From contig CBDETK010000013.1 of NCBI GenBank assembly GCA_965242865.1, positions 1,120,001-1,184,000 of the forward strand: a stretch of DNA of 64,000 nt, read 5' to 3'. Origin of the DNA: Candidatus Latescibacterota bacterium. Its GTDB lineage: Bacteria; Latescibacterota; UBA2968; UBA8231. The translations under genes and the position numbers were made by a program. The notes under the pieces were generated by a model. The model made no database searches. It was not told the DNA's origin and saw only the letters and a list, made by a program, of their open reading frames with translations. Shown one piece after another: positions 45,889-55,975 of this stretch; positions within the stretch are counted from its first letter, which is position 1, and each line of letters begins with the position of its first letter.

Positions 45889-45901
45889 GCCGCCCTCTCC
45901 C

Positions 45902-46905
45902 CTACTCCATCTTGAGCAGGCCCGCTTCCATCAGAATCATCTCGTGCTCAGCGGCCAGCGCGTCGAGGGCCTCTGCGCTCGCGCTCGTTCCGTCGAGGGC
46001 CGCGCCCAAGTGGCGCACGGCCGCGGCCAACAGCTCGTTGTACACCGGCACGTTCCAAAAATCCTGCAAGTAATCCAGCGACGCGGCGAACGCGGCGTTG
46101 TACGGCGCGGCCGCGGCAAATTCTGCGCTCGCCAGCAGCTCGGTATTGGCCGTAAACGAGCCGGGATAGGCTATCCACTTCTTCTGGATGGCGGTCTGGG
46201 AAAACCAAGCGATGAACTGCTTGGCCCATTCTTGCTTTTGCGGCGCGGTCTTAGTCGAAATGCTAAAGCCCTGCCCGCCCAGCGAGATGACGCGCTTGTC
46301 CGCGTGGCGCGGAACCTTGAAAAAGCCCACTTGGTCGCCCATGCTGGCGACGAGGCCCGGATAGAACGGGAAGTAATCCAACACCATGGCCGTAGAGCCG
46401 TTGGAAAAGGCCTCCAAATTGAAGAAATAGTCGGCATTCGTGCCGCCTTCGGGCGCGAATTGCAGCAAAGACTTGAAAAACTCCAGCCCGGCCACGGCCC
46501 CCTCGGTATTGAGGTGGCCCTGCACCTCGTAGCTTTGCGGGTCGCCCCAAGCACCGCCCCAAGCCCACAGAAAGGGCTGAAAGCCCATGACGATGGAGTC
46601 GTACCCTCGGCCGGTCAGCAGGGAGCAGCCATAGCGCTTTTGTTGCGGGCGGTGGAAAAACTCGGCGAGGTCGCGAAATTCCTCCCATGTGTCGGGCGCG
46701 GCCAGCGGCCGGCCGTAGCGGGCGGCAAACGCCTCTTGCTCGGCTGGGTCGGTAAACCAATCGCGGCGATAGACAAAGCCAATGGCGTCCGTCTGGCAGG
46801 GCGCGGCGAAAAACCGACCGCTGCCCGGGGGGTATTCGCACAAGTAGCGCGCGGCCCGCGGATGGATCGCGCCCAAGTCAACGGCTTGGGGCAGCCAGGG
46901 TGCTC
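45902..46905 (-). pseudogene. Sugar ABC substrate-binding protein, 5'-truncated
   Basis: YRRDWF, APDTWEEF...AEFF, LGGQG typical of SBP_bac_1, but no signal peptide or N-terminal lobe; sequence upstream of about 46905 is unrelated. Confidence 0.7.
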
Positions 46906-47249
46906 TGGACGCCGGAGGATGGGACGGTATGAAATTGGCATTGACGCCTAAACTCAAAGACCGGCTCAGCCAAGCGCAAGGGCCTAGCTGAGCCGGAACT
47001 TGCAGGAAATGCTGAACGCTTGCAAGATAGAAAAAAATGTGCTCTAAAACCAGCGTCAGAACCGATTGACAGCCCCGATTAAGGCTTTGTATCTTAAAGG
47101 ATTAGCTCGCCTCAACGAAAGAAGGCTGTCCCATGAACATCATGTTAAGCCTATGATTCGCCCAGACCCATTTGTCCCCTGATGGAGTCAAGGGAGAAAA
47201 GTCTGTTCTACCTCTAATAACGAGGCTTACACAAGGAGATAAATCCAAA

Positions 47250-47522
47250 ATGTCCATCTTCATTGTTGTTCTAAACCGGGATGCCCCCGAATCCTTTAAG
47301 GGCAAAATAAACGAGTTATATCCACTTAGTTATAGATATGCAGACAATGTATTTTTTCTTGAAGATGAAAATATCCCTGAGATGATAGCCAATCGTCTTG
47401 GTATAAAAGTCGAAGATGAAAATCAGAGGACCGCTACTGGGGCCGTGTTTGGTCTCGATGGTTCGTATTCGGGATATACTGCAAAGGCCCTTTGGGACTG
47501 GTTGCGGAGGATAGAAAAATGA
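47250..47522 (+). CDS. Small hypothetical protein (AT-rich islet)
   Basis: AAGGAG RBS; ends YSGY...LWDWL; ATGA-coupled to the next gene. Confidence 0.7.
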   Translation: MSIFIVVLNRDAPESFKGKINELYPLSYRYADNVFFLEDENIPEMIANRLGIKVEDENQRTATGAVFGLDGSYSGYTAKALWDWLRRIEK

Positions 47523-47800
47523 GTACCCCTCCACAGGGAGATATTGGCGGTAATCCTCCTGTACCAGGATCGAGAGAGAACGGAGCTCGTAGAGATGGAT
47601 TAAACCCTGAGCTTGTTGAGCATAGATTAAATCAGTTGGAACAAACAGCTAAAGAAAACAGGAAAGATATTGCTGACATTAAAACTACTGTCACCAAAAT
47701 AGAAGCAGGCATGATAACCAAAAGCCAACTCATTCTCGCGCTTATATCCGTACTGGCTATCACGGCTATAAATCTGATTGTCTGGATGGCGAACTCGTAA
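47519..47800 (+). CDS. Small coiled-coil protein with C-terminal TM helix
   Basis: VEHRLNQLE...DIADIK..VTKIE then a hydrophobic tail. Confidence 0.65.
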   Translation: MSTPPQGDIGGNPPVPGSRENGARRDGLNPELVEHRLNQLEQTAKENRKDIADIKTTVTKIEAGMITKSQLILALISVLAITAINLIVWMANS

Positions 47801-47887
47801 TAGTCCCCTGCATAAAGAAGACATGGGCACCATCGTGCTCGTGTATAATTCCCTCATAAAAAGCAGACCAGCGGCCCCAGACCGCGC

Positions 47888-48583
47888 CTAGCATCCCTCG
47901 TCCTCGCCGGCGTTCAGCTTGTCTAGCACCTGCCACTTTTGCCGCTGGCGGCTCTCGGCCGAATCAAAAATCTCGCGGATGAAGTGGTCGCGGGTTTTGC
48001 CGTCGGCCAGTTCGGCTAGGCGGTTTTGCAAGTCGTCGTGCGAGGGGTCGCGGCCCAGCGCGGCGCGATAGACCCCGCACACGAAATCCGCTGTGGCCGC
48101 TTCGGCGAGCAAGTCTTGGGCCTCGTAGGCGAAGGCTTTGAGGGTATGAGCCAACGAAGCGGCCAACCAAGCCTTGTGCTCGGCCCGCGGCCCCAACGCC
48201 TCGTACAACTCGGCGCACAACGCTCCATCGCCCGCCCCCGGCCACGCCTCTTCCACCGGCTTGCCTTCAGCCCACGCTTGCAGGGTTTGGATATAGGTCT
48301 TGGCCCGGTCTCGACGCCGGTCGTCCAGTTCCCAAGCCCGCGTCAGCACATCTACGGCCGGCCGGCCCGGATAGGTCCCCTCGCCAATGGCGCGGACGAG
48401 CAGGTTGAGGTTGTCAAAGGCTCGGTAGTGGGTCAGCGAGTCAAAGCGCGCGATCAGGGAGCGGATGTGGTGCACCGCGTCGGGCAGCTCCTCCAGCGGA
48501 GCGACCCGGGCGTCAATGCGCTGCATGGCCTCGTCGGGTTCGTCGTCGCGGTGCAGAATGTTGCGCCAGTGCGAAGGGGTCAT
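47888..48583 (-). CDS. Hypothetical protein with C-terminal DUF4214-like helical domain
   Basis: FV..VY...LGRDP...L......L..G..R...I..I.DS.E. Confidence 0.65.
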   Translation of the reverse strand: MTPSHWRNILHRDDEPDEAMQRIDARVAPLEELPDAVHHIRSLIARFDSLTHYRAFDNLNLLVRAIGEGTYPGRPAVDVLTRAWELDDRRRDRAKTYIQTLQAWAEGKPVEEAWPGAGDGALCAELYEALGPRAEHKAWLAASLAHTLKAFAYEAQDLLAEAATADFVCGVYRAALGRDPSHDDLQNRLAELADGKTRDHFIREIFDSAESRQRQKWQVLDKLNAGEDEGC

Positions 48584-48735
48584 CTGGCCTCCTATTGGGT
48601 TCGGGATGCAGGGCAGGATATTCGCGAACAGCGGCCAACGGCACTGATCAATCTATGCCCTTGACGCTGGCGAGGGCAAGCCGCCTTGAGCGAGCAGGGA
48701 CCGCCCGCTATCTTAGCAAGCCAAAAAGGAGCACC

Positions 48736-49881
48736 ATGGCCCCCTTGTACGACGTCCTACTCAAAAACGGGCACCTCATCGACCCCAAAAACAACCTAGA
48801 CGGTCCGGCCGACCTCGCCGTCAAAGACGGCAAAATCGCCGCGGTGGGGCCGCAGTTGCCCGGCACCGCGACCCGAGAAGCCCAGGTCGCCGGCCTCTAT
48901 GTAACGCCCGGGCTCATCGACATCCACCTGCACGTGTACGGCGGCTTTGATGCTTGGCTCTTCCCGGACCCGCACACCCTGCCGCACGGCGTCACCACCT
49001 GCGTCGATACGGGCGGCGCTGGCTACCGGGATTTTGCCGATTTCAAAGAGACCATCATCGACCCGTCCATCACCCGCGTCCTCGCTTTTGTCAACATCGT
49101 CGGGGCTGGCATGACCGGCCCGCCCGAGCAAGACACTTTCGATATGGACCCCATTCCCTGCGCCGCTGCTGTGGAGCGCTACCCCGAGCACATCGTCGGG
49201 GTCAAGTCGGCCCACTTTGGCGGCCCGGGCTGGGAGTCCACCGGCGGGGCCATGGAGGCCGCGCGGCGGGCCGGCTGCATTGTCATGGTCGATTTCTCGC
49301 CCAAGCCCACCCGCACGTACCCCGAGTTGCTCGCCCGCTACAACCCCGGCGACATCCACACCCACTGCTACTCCATGCGCACGCCCATGCTCGACGACGA
49401 CGACCGCGTCTTCGACTTTGTCTGGCAGGCGCGGGAGCGCGGCGTGATCTTCGACTTGGGCCACGGCAACGCCTCCTTCCGCTTCCACATTGCCGTACCG
49501 GCCATGGCCCAAGGCTTCCCGCCCGATACCATCAGCACGGACCTGCACCGCCGCAGCCGCCTGCTGCCCAACGCCACCATGAATACCACCATGTCGAAAA
49601 TGCTGGCCCTCGGCATGCCCCTGCAAGAAGTCATCTACCGCTCGACCCAGTGCCCGGCCCAAGTCATCGGTCGGCCCGAATTGGGGCACCTGAGCGTAGG
49701 GGCTGAAGCCGATGTCGCGGTGCTGGCCGTACTCGAAGGCCGCTTCGGCTTTGTCGATGCCACCCGCAGCACCCTGCAAGGCCGCCACAAAATAGAGGGC
49801 CGCATGACCCTGCGAGCCGGCGAAATCGTCTGGGATCAGGACGGGCTGAGCTTGCCGTCTTGGGAGGAAGGGGCGCGTTAA
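48736..49881 (+). CDS. Amidohydrolase/deacetylase (dihydroorotase-like)
   Basis: PGLIDIHLH, GVTT.VDTG, GDIHTH, DLGHG, ISTDLH. Confidence 0.88.
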   Translation: MAPLYDVLLKNGHLIDPKNNLDGPADLAVKDGKIAAVGPQLPGTATREAQVAGLYVTPGLIDIHLHVYGGFDAWLFPDPHTLPHGVTTCVDTGGAGYRDFADFKETIIDPSITRVLAFVNIVGAGMTGPPEQDTFDMDPIPCAAAVERYPEHIVGVKSAHFGGPGWESTGGAMEAARRAGCIVMVDFSPKPTRTYPELLARYNPGDIHTHCYSMRTPMLDDDDRVFDFVWQARERGVIFDLGHGNASFRFHIAVPAMAQGFPPDTISTDLHRRSRLLPNATMNTTMSKMLALGMPLQEVIYRSTQCPAQVIGRPELGHLSVGAEADVAVLAVLEGRFGFVDATRSTLQGRHKIEGRMTLRAGEIVWDQDGLSLPSWEEGAR

Positions 49882-49919
49882 GCACTCGGCGGCCCGCTCC
49901 CTCTAATCCTGCCAACCTC

Positions 49920-51887
49920 ATGTCGCGCCGCGGAATTCGCTGGGTCGTTCTCTACTTCCTGTCCATTCTCGTGCCAGCGGCCTTGCTGGCTTTTTTGGGC
50001 GTGCGCTCGCTGCGCGATGTCCGCGACAGCGTGAGCCGGGAACTGCGCTCCAAGGCGGTGCTGGTGCAGGACGTCTTCGACCGCTTGATCAACAGCCGCG
50101 CCCAGCTCCTAGCCGCATTTATGGCAGAGGGCGGCATGGACCCGCGCCGGTACGCGGGTTTTTCCGAGATTGAGCAAATTTTCGCCGTCGGTCCCACCGG
50201 GGTGCTGCGCCATCCCGCGGTGCGGCCCTTGCGCTTGCAGACGCCCCAACCGGCCTTTGCCGCGCAGATGAAGCAGGCCGAGAAGCGCGAGTTCGGCCAC
50301 CAAGATTGGGCGGGCGGCGCCCAGCACTACCGCCAAGCCTACGAGGACGCGACCCATCCCGCCGAACAGGCCGAAGCCCTCAACGCCCTCGCTCGCTGCG
50401 CCCATAAAGGACAGGACACGGCCACAGTCGCGGCGGTACACCAGAGGCTGGTGGCACACTACGGCCCGGTTTTTGACGCCGACGGAGCGCATCCCGTTAC
50501 CCTGAGTCATTTGCGCTTGGGACGCTATGCCGAGCCTGCACCGGCTCAAGCCAGCCTAATGGCGTGGGCGCAAGCCCTGCTCGAAGGCCGCTATCCCCTC
50601 TATCCCGGCTGCCAGCAGGCCCTACAGGAGGCCCGCGCATTGGCCCACGGTCGGCTAGCGGCCATGGCAGACCAGCCAGCCCTGTTGGAGCGGTTAGCCC
50701 AGATCGAGCAGGCCCTTGATTTTGCGACGCGCTTAGGCCCGGTGGTGGCCGAGCAATGGGCTGCGGCGCGGGAGCGCGGCTATATATCGGGCGTCGATGC
50801 TGACGGGACGAGTTTTCTGATGTACGTACGCACGGCCCAAGAAGGCGGTGCCGTGGGCATTCTATTCGATTGGGACGCGCTGACGGCTCTGGTGCGGGAG
50901 CAGGTGGAAAGGCCGCTGGCCGAGCGGGGGTTTGCCTTAGCCCTGTTCGACGCGGATGCCGAGGCCGCCTTTGTCGCTGCCCAGCGGGAAACCATCTACG
51001 AGACCGGGCCGGCCAGCCGCTGGATGGACCGGGTGCGGCTGGGGCTTTGGGCGACCGATGCTTCGGCCGCCACCGGCTACCACCGCACGCGCAACTGGTT
51101 GATCGGCGGCGGCATCTTCGCCTTGGCCGTATCCGTGGTTTTAGGTGGATTCATGATCCTGCGGGACGCCGGACGCGAAGTAAAGGTCGCCCGCCTGCGG
51201 TCCGAATTTGTCGCCAATGTATCGCACGAATTGCGCACCCCGCTCACGTCCATTCGCATGTACGCCGAGACCCTGCTCATGGGCCGCTACCAATCGCCCC
51301 AGCAGATGCAGGATTATCTGACCACCCTCTTGCACGAGAGCCGACGCCTGTCGCACTTGGTGGATAACGTGCTCGACTTCGCCCGCATTGAGCGAGGGGA
51401 CCGGACCTACCAGCGCCAACCTTGCGACCTAGGGGTTGCGGCCCGGGCGGCGCTGGAAACCTTTGGCGGGGTATTGGCCGCAGAGGGCTTTGCGGTAGAG
51501 GAAGCCATGGCCGAGGGCCTGCCCCCGGTGCTGGCCGATCCAGAGGCCGTGGAAGGGGCGGTGGCTAATATCCTCGGCAACGCGGTCAAGTATTCGGCCC
51601 AGCACAAAGCCATTCGCCTAGCCGTCAACCAGCGCGGGGCCGAAGTGGTGGTTGAGGTGGCCGACCGCGGCATCGGCCTCCCCGCGGGCGAGGAGGAGCG
51701 CGTCTTTGAGCAATTCCACCGCGGCACCAACGCGGCCAGCACTGCGGGCACTGGGTTGGGCTTGTCCCTCGTCAAAAACGTGGTCGAGGCGCATGGGGGC
51801 CGGGTGGAAGCCGCCAACCGGCCCGGAGGCGGCAGCGTCTTTCGTCTGCACTTCCCGGTCCACACCGAGGACCCAGCGCATGCCTAG
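49920..51887 (+). CDS. Sensor histidine kinase
   Basis: Two TM segments; NVSHELRTPL, NAVKYS, DRGIG, GTGLGL. Confidence 0.92.
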   Translation: MSRRGIRWVVLYFLSILVPAALLAFLGVRSLRDVRDSVSRELRSKAVLVQDVFDRLINSRAQLLAAFMAEGGMDPRRYAGFSEIEQIFAVGPTGVLRHPAVRPLRLQTPQPAFAAQMKQAEKREFGHQDWAGGAQHYRQAYEDATHPAEQAEALNALARCAHKGQDTATVAAVHQRLVAHYGPVFDADGAHPVTLSHLRLGRYAEPAPAQASLMAWAQALLEGRYPLYPGCQQALQEARALAHGRLAAMADQPALLERLAQIEQALDFATRLGPVVAEQWAAARERGYISGVDADGTSFLMYVRTAQEGGAVGILFDWDALTALVREQVERPLAERGFALALFDADAEAAFVAAQRETIYETGPASRWMDRVRLGLWATDASAATGYHRTRNWLIGGGIFALAVSVVLGGFMILRDAGREVKVARLRSEFVANVSHELRTPLTSIRMYAETLLMGRYQSPQQMQDYLTTLLHESRRLSHLVDNVLDFARIERGDRTYQRQPCDLGVAARAALETFGGVLAAEGFAVEEAMAEGLPPVLADPEAVEGAVANILGNAVKYSAQHKAIRLAVNQRGAEVVVEVADRGIGLPAGEEERVFEQFHRGTNAASTAGTGLGLSLVKNVVEAHGGRVEAANRPGGGSVFRLHFPVHTEDPAHA

Positions 51888-52560
51888 AATTTTGGTAGTT
51901 GAAGACGAAGCGGCCATTGCCCGGATCCTGCTCGACAACCTGATCTTTGAAGGGTATGAGGCCGAGGCGGTCGCCGATGGCGCAAAAGGACTGGAGCGGG
52001 CCTTGGCTTGGCGGCCAGACCTGATTCTGCTCGACGTGGTGTTGCCCACCATGGATGGATACGAAGTGTGCCGTCGTCTGCGCGCCCAAGGAGCGGCCAC
52101 GCCCATCATCATGCTCACGGCTCGGGGCGAGGAGGTGGACAAAGTCTTGGGCTTGGAGTTGGGGGCCGACGACTACGTCACCAAACCTGTGGGCGTCCGC
52201 GAACTCATGGCCCGGGTCAAAGCGGTGTTGCGGCGAGGCGAGGCGGCCCCGGCTGCGGGCGCGGTGCTGGCGTTTGGAAAGGCGCGAATCGACTTCGACC
52301 GCTACGAGGCGACCGTGGACGGCCGGGCCGTGCATCTGTCGCCCAAGGCGTTTGGCGTGTTGCGCCTGCTGTGGGAAAGCCGGGGACGCACCCTGACCCG
52401 GGCCGATATCTTAGAGCAAGTGTGGGGCTACGAAGTGTACCCCACCACGCGCACGGTGGACAACCACATCGCCGAACTGCGCCACCGCTTGGAAGCCGAC
52501 CCGGCCCAGCCGCGCCACATCCGCACAGTCCACGGGGTGGGATACCGCTTTGTAGAGTGA
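51880..52560 (+). CDS. OmpR-family response regulator
   Basis: LVVED, LLDV.LP, MLTAR, GADDYVTKP, RTVDNHI, TVHGVGY. Confidence 0.94.
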   Translation: MPRILVVEDEAAIARILLDNLIFEGYEAEAVADGAKGLERALAWRPDLILLDVVLPTMDGYEVCRRLRAQGAATPIIMLTARGEEVDKVLGLELGADDYVTKPVGVRELMARVKAVLRRGEAAPAAGAVLAFGKARIDFDRYEATVDGRAVHLSPKAFGVLRLLWESRGRTLTRADILEQVWGYEVYPTTRTVDNHIAELRHRLEADPAQPRHIRTVHGVGYRFVE

Positions 52561-52591
52561 CGGCAAGTCGGGCCGCGAGGAGCGCGAGACC

Positions 52592-52885
52592 ATGAAGAAC
52601 GCTAAGTGCAACTTCTGCGAAAGCGAACGCTGCAAAGACCGGCGAATCGACTACCTGTACAGTCACCAAGGCCGATACCTGTTGGTGCCCAACACCCCGG
52701 TCGAAGTCTGCTCTCACTGTGGCATGATATACTACGACGCGACCGTGCTCAAGGAGATCGAACGGTGCTTTTTCGCCATTCAAAACAAAAAAGAAGAACC
52801 CGATCAGTATATCGAGATGCCGACCAAATCGTATTATAGCAGTTCTACATCCTTCAAGACTGGATTCCCGCGTTCGCGGGAATGA
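52592..52885 (+). CDS. YgiT-type zinc-finger protein, C-terminus supplied by a repeat element
   Basis: CNFC...NTPVEVCSHCG..YY; last ~16 codons lie in the repeat at 52835-52886. Confidence 0.75.
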   Translation: MKNAKCNFCESERCKDRRIDYLYSHQGRYLLVPNTPVEVCSHCGMIYYDATVLKEIERCFFAIQNKKEEPDQYIEMPTKSYYSSSTSFKTGFPRSRE

Positions 52886-52886
52886 C
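52835..52886. repeat. Half copy of the TA-MITE/REP element
   Basis: Reverse complement nearly identical to 19841-19892. Confidence 0.8.
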
Positions 52887-53011
52887 CCACGACGCGCCCC
52901 TCACCCGGCCCTTTCAGAGGGGCTAAGCGGAAACCCGACCGCAACATACAAATGACGACTCTATGCAAAAAAGACAGTCTCAGACGCGAAAGTACAACCT
53001 TTTTGCACGTC

Positions 53012-53030
53012 CATGACAAAAACATGACAA
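53012..53030 (+). promoter_or_regulatory. OmpR/PhoB-type direct-repeat box
   Basis: CATGACAA repeated with 11-bp period, upstream of the gene that follows the two-component system. Confidence 0.5.
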
Positions 53031-53094
53031 CTCGGGCCGCGGCGCTGTTTAGGTTCAAAGGTGAGCATTCACTTACCTAACAAGGAGGAGCATC

Positions 53095-55077
53095 ATGGAG
53101 CGCGTTATAGCGGTCCTCTTGAGTAGCGCATTGCTGACCGCCAGCGGCCTACTGGCCAGCAGTGTCGAGGAGACGTATCAGGCGGCCCTCATGCAGGAAA
53201 AGGGCGAGGGCGACCTCAAGGAGGCCATGCGCCTCTACCAGCAAGTGATCGAGGCGCACGAGAAAAGCGAAGGCGACGCGAGCATGGCGGCCCGGGCGCA
53301 GCTTCGCCTCGGGGTGTGCCAAGAGAAGATGGGGCTGGCCCAAGCGCACCAAACCTACGAAGCGGTGCGCGACCAGTACCCCGACCAATCCCAAGCGAAA
53401 GAGGAGGCGACGCAACGCCTAAAATCGGCGCGCCAGCGCGAGGCAACGATCGAGGAGCCGTCTGCTCTCTCCCCCTCCGCGGTCCGTGCCGACTCGGCGC
53501 ACGGGCTGTTGGTCATCGATGGACCACTTGGTGCTTCGACGGTGCCGCTCAGCGACGCGCAGGCGCACGGGCTGTTGGAGACAGCTCGATTATTGCGCTC
53601 GAGTAGTGAGCGGCTCAACAACGAGCAGGCGCGCGAGCTGTTGGGGAAGGAAGATGTCCTTTTAATCGACGGCCCGGGGTTCAGCGACGCGCAGCTGCGC
53701 GAGCAGTTGGAGGCCGTCCAGCGGCAGTTCAAGAATTTCCAGCAGCAGCAGCGGAAATACGCCGAGCAACAGCTCGAAAACTTCCAGCGGCAGCTAAAAC
53801 AGGTCGAGCAACGGCTAGAGAATTTCCAGCAGCAGCAGGGCGTCCGGTCCATTCCGCACTTCCTTGTACATCACCGAGCGGACCAGCACTACTACCACTA
53901 TGCCAACTCGCCGCCGGTAGTCCCCTACGCGCATAAAAAGGTGGCGGAGGTGCCCGTGCAGTGGAAATTCCGCCTCGAGGAAGGCGAACATCCGCAGCAG
54001 CCCCACATCTACGCCGCCCCGGACTTCGACGATTCGGGCTGGGACGCGATCGACATTGGCCAAGCCTGGGAGGATCAGGACTATGACGACTACGACGAGG
54101 GGGCTTGGTATCGCGCCCGGATTGAGGTGAAAGCCGAGGAGGGCCGGCCGGTGCTCATGGCCTTCGGCGGCGTAGATAAGGACGCTTATGTGTTCCTCAA
54201 CGGCCACTGGGTCGGCCAGCACCACCAGTGGAACCAGCCCTTCATTCTCGACATCAGCGACCACGTCGTGCGCGATGGCGAGAACACCGTAGCCCTGTAC
54301 GTGTACGACGGGCTGGGCATGGGCGGCATCTACGGCCTGATCAATGTCCACCAACCCACGGGCGAGGTGGAGACCGACGACTTTGCCGCCAATCGCGGCG
54401 GGAACTTGGCGATGGGACCGGGCAAAAACGGCTGGCCGGTTTTTGAGGCCCATCTCGCCCACGGCGAGCCGTACCGCCGCTATGCTCACCGGCCACCGCA
54501 CATTCCCTACGCCTACAAAAAGGTGGCCGCAGTGCCCGTGCAGTGGAAATTCAGACCCTACGCGGAAGAGCACCAAGCGCACCAAGACGCCACCCTGAGC
54601 CGCGTCGATTTCGACGACTCAAATTGGGCCACAATCGACATCGGGCGGGCTTGGGAAGATCAGGGCTACGGCAACTACGACGCCGGGGCTTGGTATCGCG
54701 CCCGGATTGAGGTAGAAGCCGAGGAGGGCCGCCCGGTGCATCTGGCCTTCGGCGGCGTCGATAACAGCGCTTATGTGTATGTCAACGGCGTCTTTGTGGG
54801 GGAACATCACGGGTGGAACAGCCCGTTCATCCTCGACATTAGCGAGGCGGTCGATTACAAGGGCCAAAACGTGGTTGCCGTGCGGGTGTACGACGGGCGG
54901 GACATGGGCGGCATCTACGGCAATGTAGCCGCGATCCAACCCACGAGCGACGAGAACCTCGACCGCTACCTAGCCAACTCGGCCGCAGGTCGCCTCCGCC
55001 AGAAAGAATTTGGCGAGGCGATCACCGGCGGCAACTCGGGCAAAAAGAGCTTTTGGAGCCGCTTAAACCCCTTTTAA
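53095..55077 (+). CDS. Secreted TPR + coiled-coil protein with two GH2-N-like sugar-binding domains
   Basis: Signal peptide; TPR-like N-terminus; two copies of WKF...FDDS.W...AWYR...FGGVD..AYV..NG..VG.H...GGIYG. Confidence 0.78.
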   Translation: MERVIAVLLSSALLTASGLLASSVEETYQAALMQEKGEGDLKEAMRLYQQVIEAHEKSEGDASMAARAQLRLGVCQEKMGLAQAHQTYEAVRDQYPDQSQAKEEATQRLKSARQREATIEEPSALSPSAVRADSAHGLLVIDGPLGASTVPLSDAQAHGLLETARLLRSSSERLNNEQARELLGKEDVLLIDGPGFSDAQLREQLEAVQRQFKNFQQQQRKYAEQQLENFQRQLKQVEQRLENFQQQQGVRSIPHFLVHHRADQHYYHYANSPPVVPYAHKKVAEVPVQWKFRLEEGEHPQQPHIYAAPDFDDSGWDAIDIGQAWEDQDYDDYDEGAWYRARIEVKAEEGRPVLMAFGGVDKDAYVFLNGHWVGQHHQWNQPFILDISDHVVRDGENTVALYVYDGLGMGGIYGLINVHQPTGEVETDDFAANRGGNLAMGPGKNGWPVFEAHLAHGEPYRRYAHRPPHIPYAYKKVAAVPVQWKFRPYAEEHQAHQDATLSRVDFDDSNWATIDIGRAWEDQGYGNYDAGAWYRARIEVEAEEGRPVHLAFGGVDNSAYVYVNGVFVGEHHGWNSPFILDISEAVDYKGQNVVAVRVYDGRDMGGIYGNVAAIQPTSDENLDRYLANSAAGRLRQKEFGEAITGGNSGKKSFWSRLNPF

Positions 55078-55205
55078 CGCCAAGGCCACTCAGAAGCGGT
55101 CTGCTCCGCAAACCCTGCTTGGGGTTGGCTGTCCAGTGGCCTTAACATCGCCCGTTTTTCATAGCGCGAGACGGCCTCCTTTCGTCTCGCAAAGGACGGA
55201 AATAG

Positions 55206-55244
55206 GAGTCTTCAGACCGCTTCTTAGAAACGGTCTGAAGACTC
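55206..55244. repeat. Perfect 14-bp-arm hairpin (REP-like or terminator)
   Basis: GAGTCTTCAGACCG-N11-CGGTCTGAAGACTC. Confidence 0.6.
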
Positions 55245-55348
55245 TGGTGGTCGTCCCTTGCGTCCAACCGATCATTGCCGTAGAAGTAAGCAGGTTGCGG
55301 CTTCTGCGTTCAGGCTTTTATTTAACGACGGCAAAGAACCTACAATCA

Positions 55349-55449
55349 GGGGCAGGCCCCCGTGCCTGCCCGTTAGAATCCCGTTGGGGCGGCCCCCCGT
55401 GCCTGCCCGTTAGAATCCCGTTGGGGCAGGCCCCCGTGCCTGCCCGTTA
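55349..55449. repeat. 37-bp tandem repeat of a REP-like hairpin (about 2.7 copies)
   Basis: GGGGCAGGCCCCCGTGCCTGCCCGTTAGAATCCCGTT units starting at 55349, 55386, 55423. Confidence 0.85.
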
Positions 55450-55582
55450 CAGCGGCAAATTTGGCACGATCGGTTGACGTAATGAACGAGACGATGGTTA
55501 AGCATTTCACATCAAGCAGGGGCCTTGCTGTGAGGCAAAACCCTGTTGAGTGCTTGGATTCATCGTCAAATTTAATGTGTCG

Positions 55583-55622
55583 TAAGTCCTTGAAAAACAA
55601 CGACTTACCCCCCCCCCCCCCC
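55583..55622. promoter_or_regulatory. IHF-like palindrome followed by a C15 homopolymer
   Basis: TAAGTCCTTG-AAAAA-CAACGACTTA then 15 C at 55608-55622. Confidence 0.55.
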
Positions 55623-55975
55623 GAAAATTCTCCGCTAGCACCAAGCACTAAACGCTCTACTTCTCAGCATAGGCCGACGGATCGTGCGCGGCTGTTGGGC
55701 GTCGCGTCGATCTGGCCGCGTGGCCCCAAGCGCACGCTGCCGTGCGGCCTTTATGCTGGTCCCCGTTTACGGCACCACCCCCGCAAGCTGTCTGCCAAAA
55801 ACCGAGGGCGGAATCTCCTCGCCCCGGACGCCGCCAGAACACCAGCAAAGGCGCACCCACAGCAAGAGGCGCGTTCTGAGTGCTCCAAGCATAGCCCTAG
55901 GGCTAACTCCGCCTCTTTGGGTGCGTTATGCCTCTCTTCCAGTTTCCACACCATATCCATACAAAGGAGCAAAAA

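Noticed and set aside
55110-55124. AAACCCTGCTTGGG match to the LRR gene start (about 55998)
   Set aside because: Only about 14 nt; could be chance
55349-55449. Possible mini CRISPR array
   Set aside because: The sequences between hairpins are identical and only about 13 nt long; no cas genes; it is a tandem REP repeat
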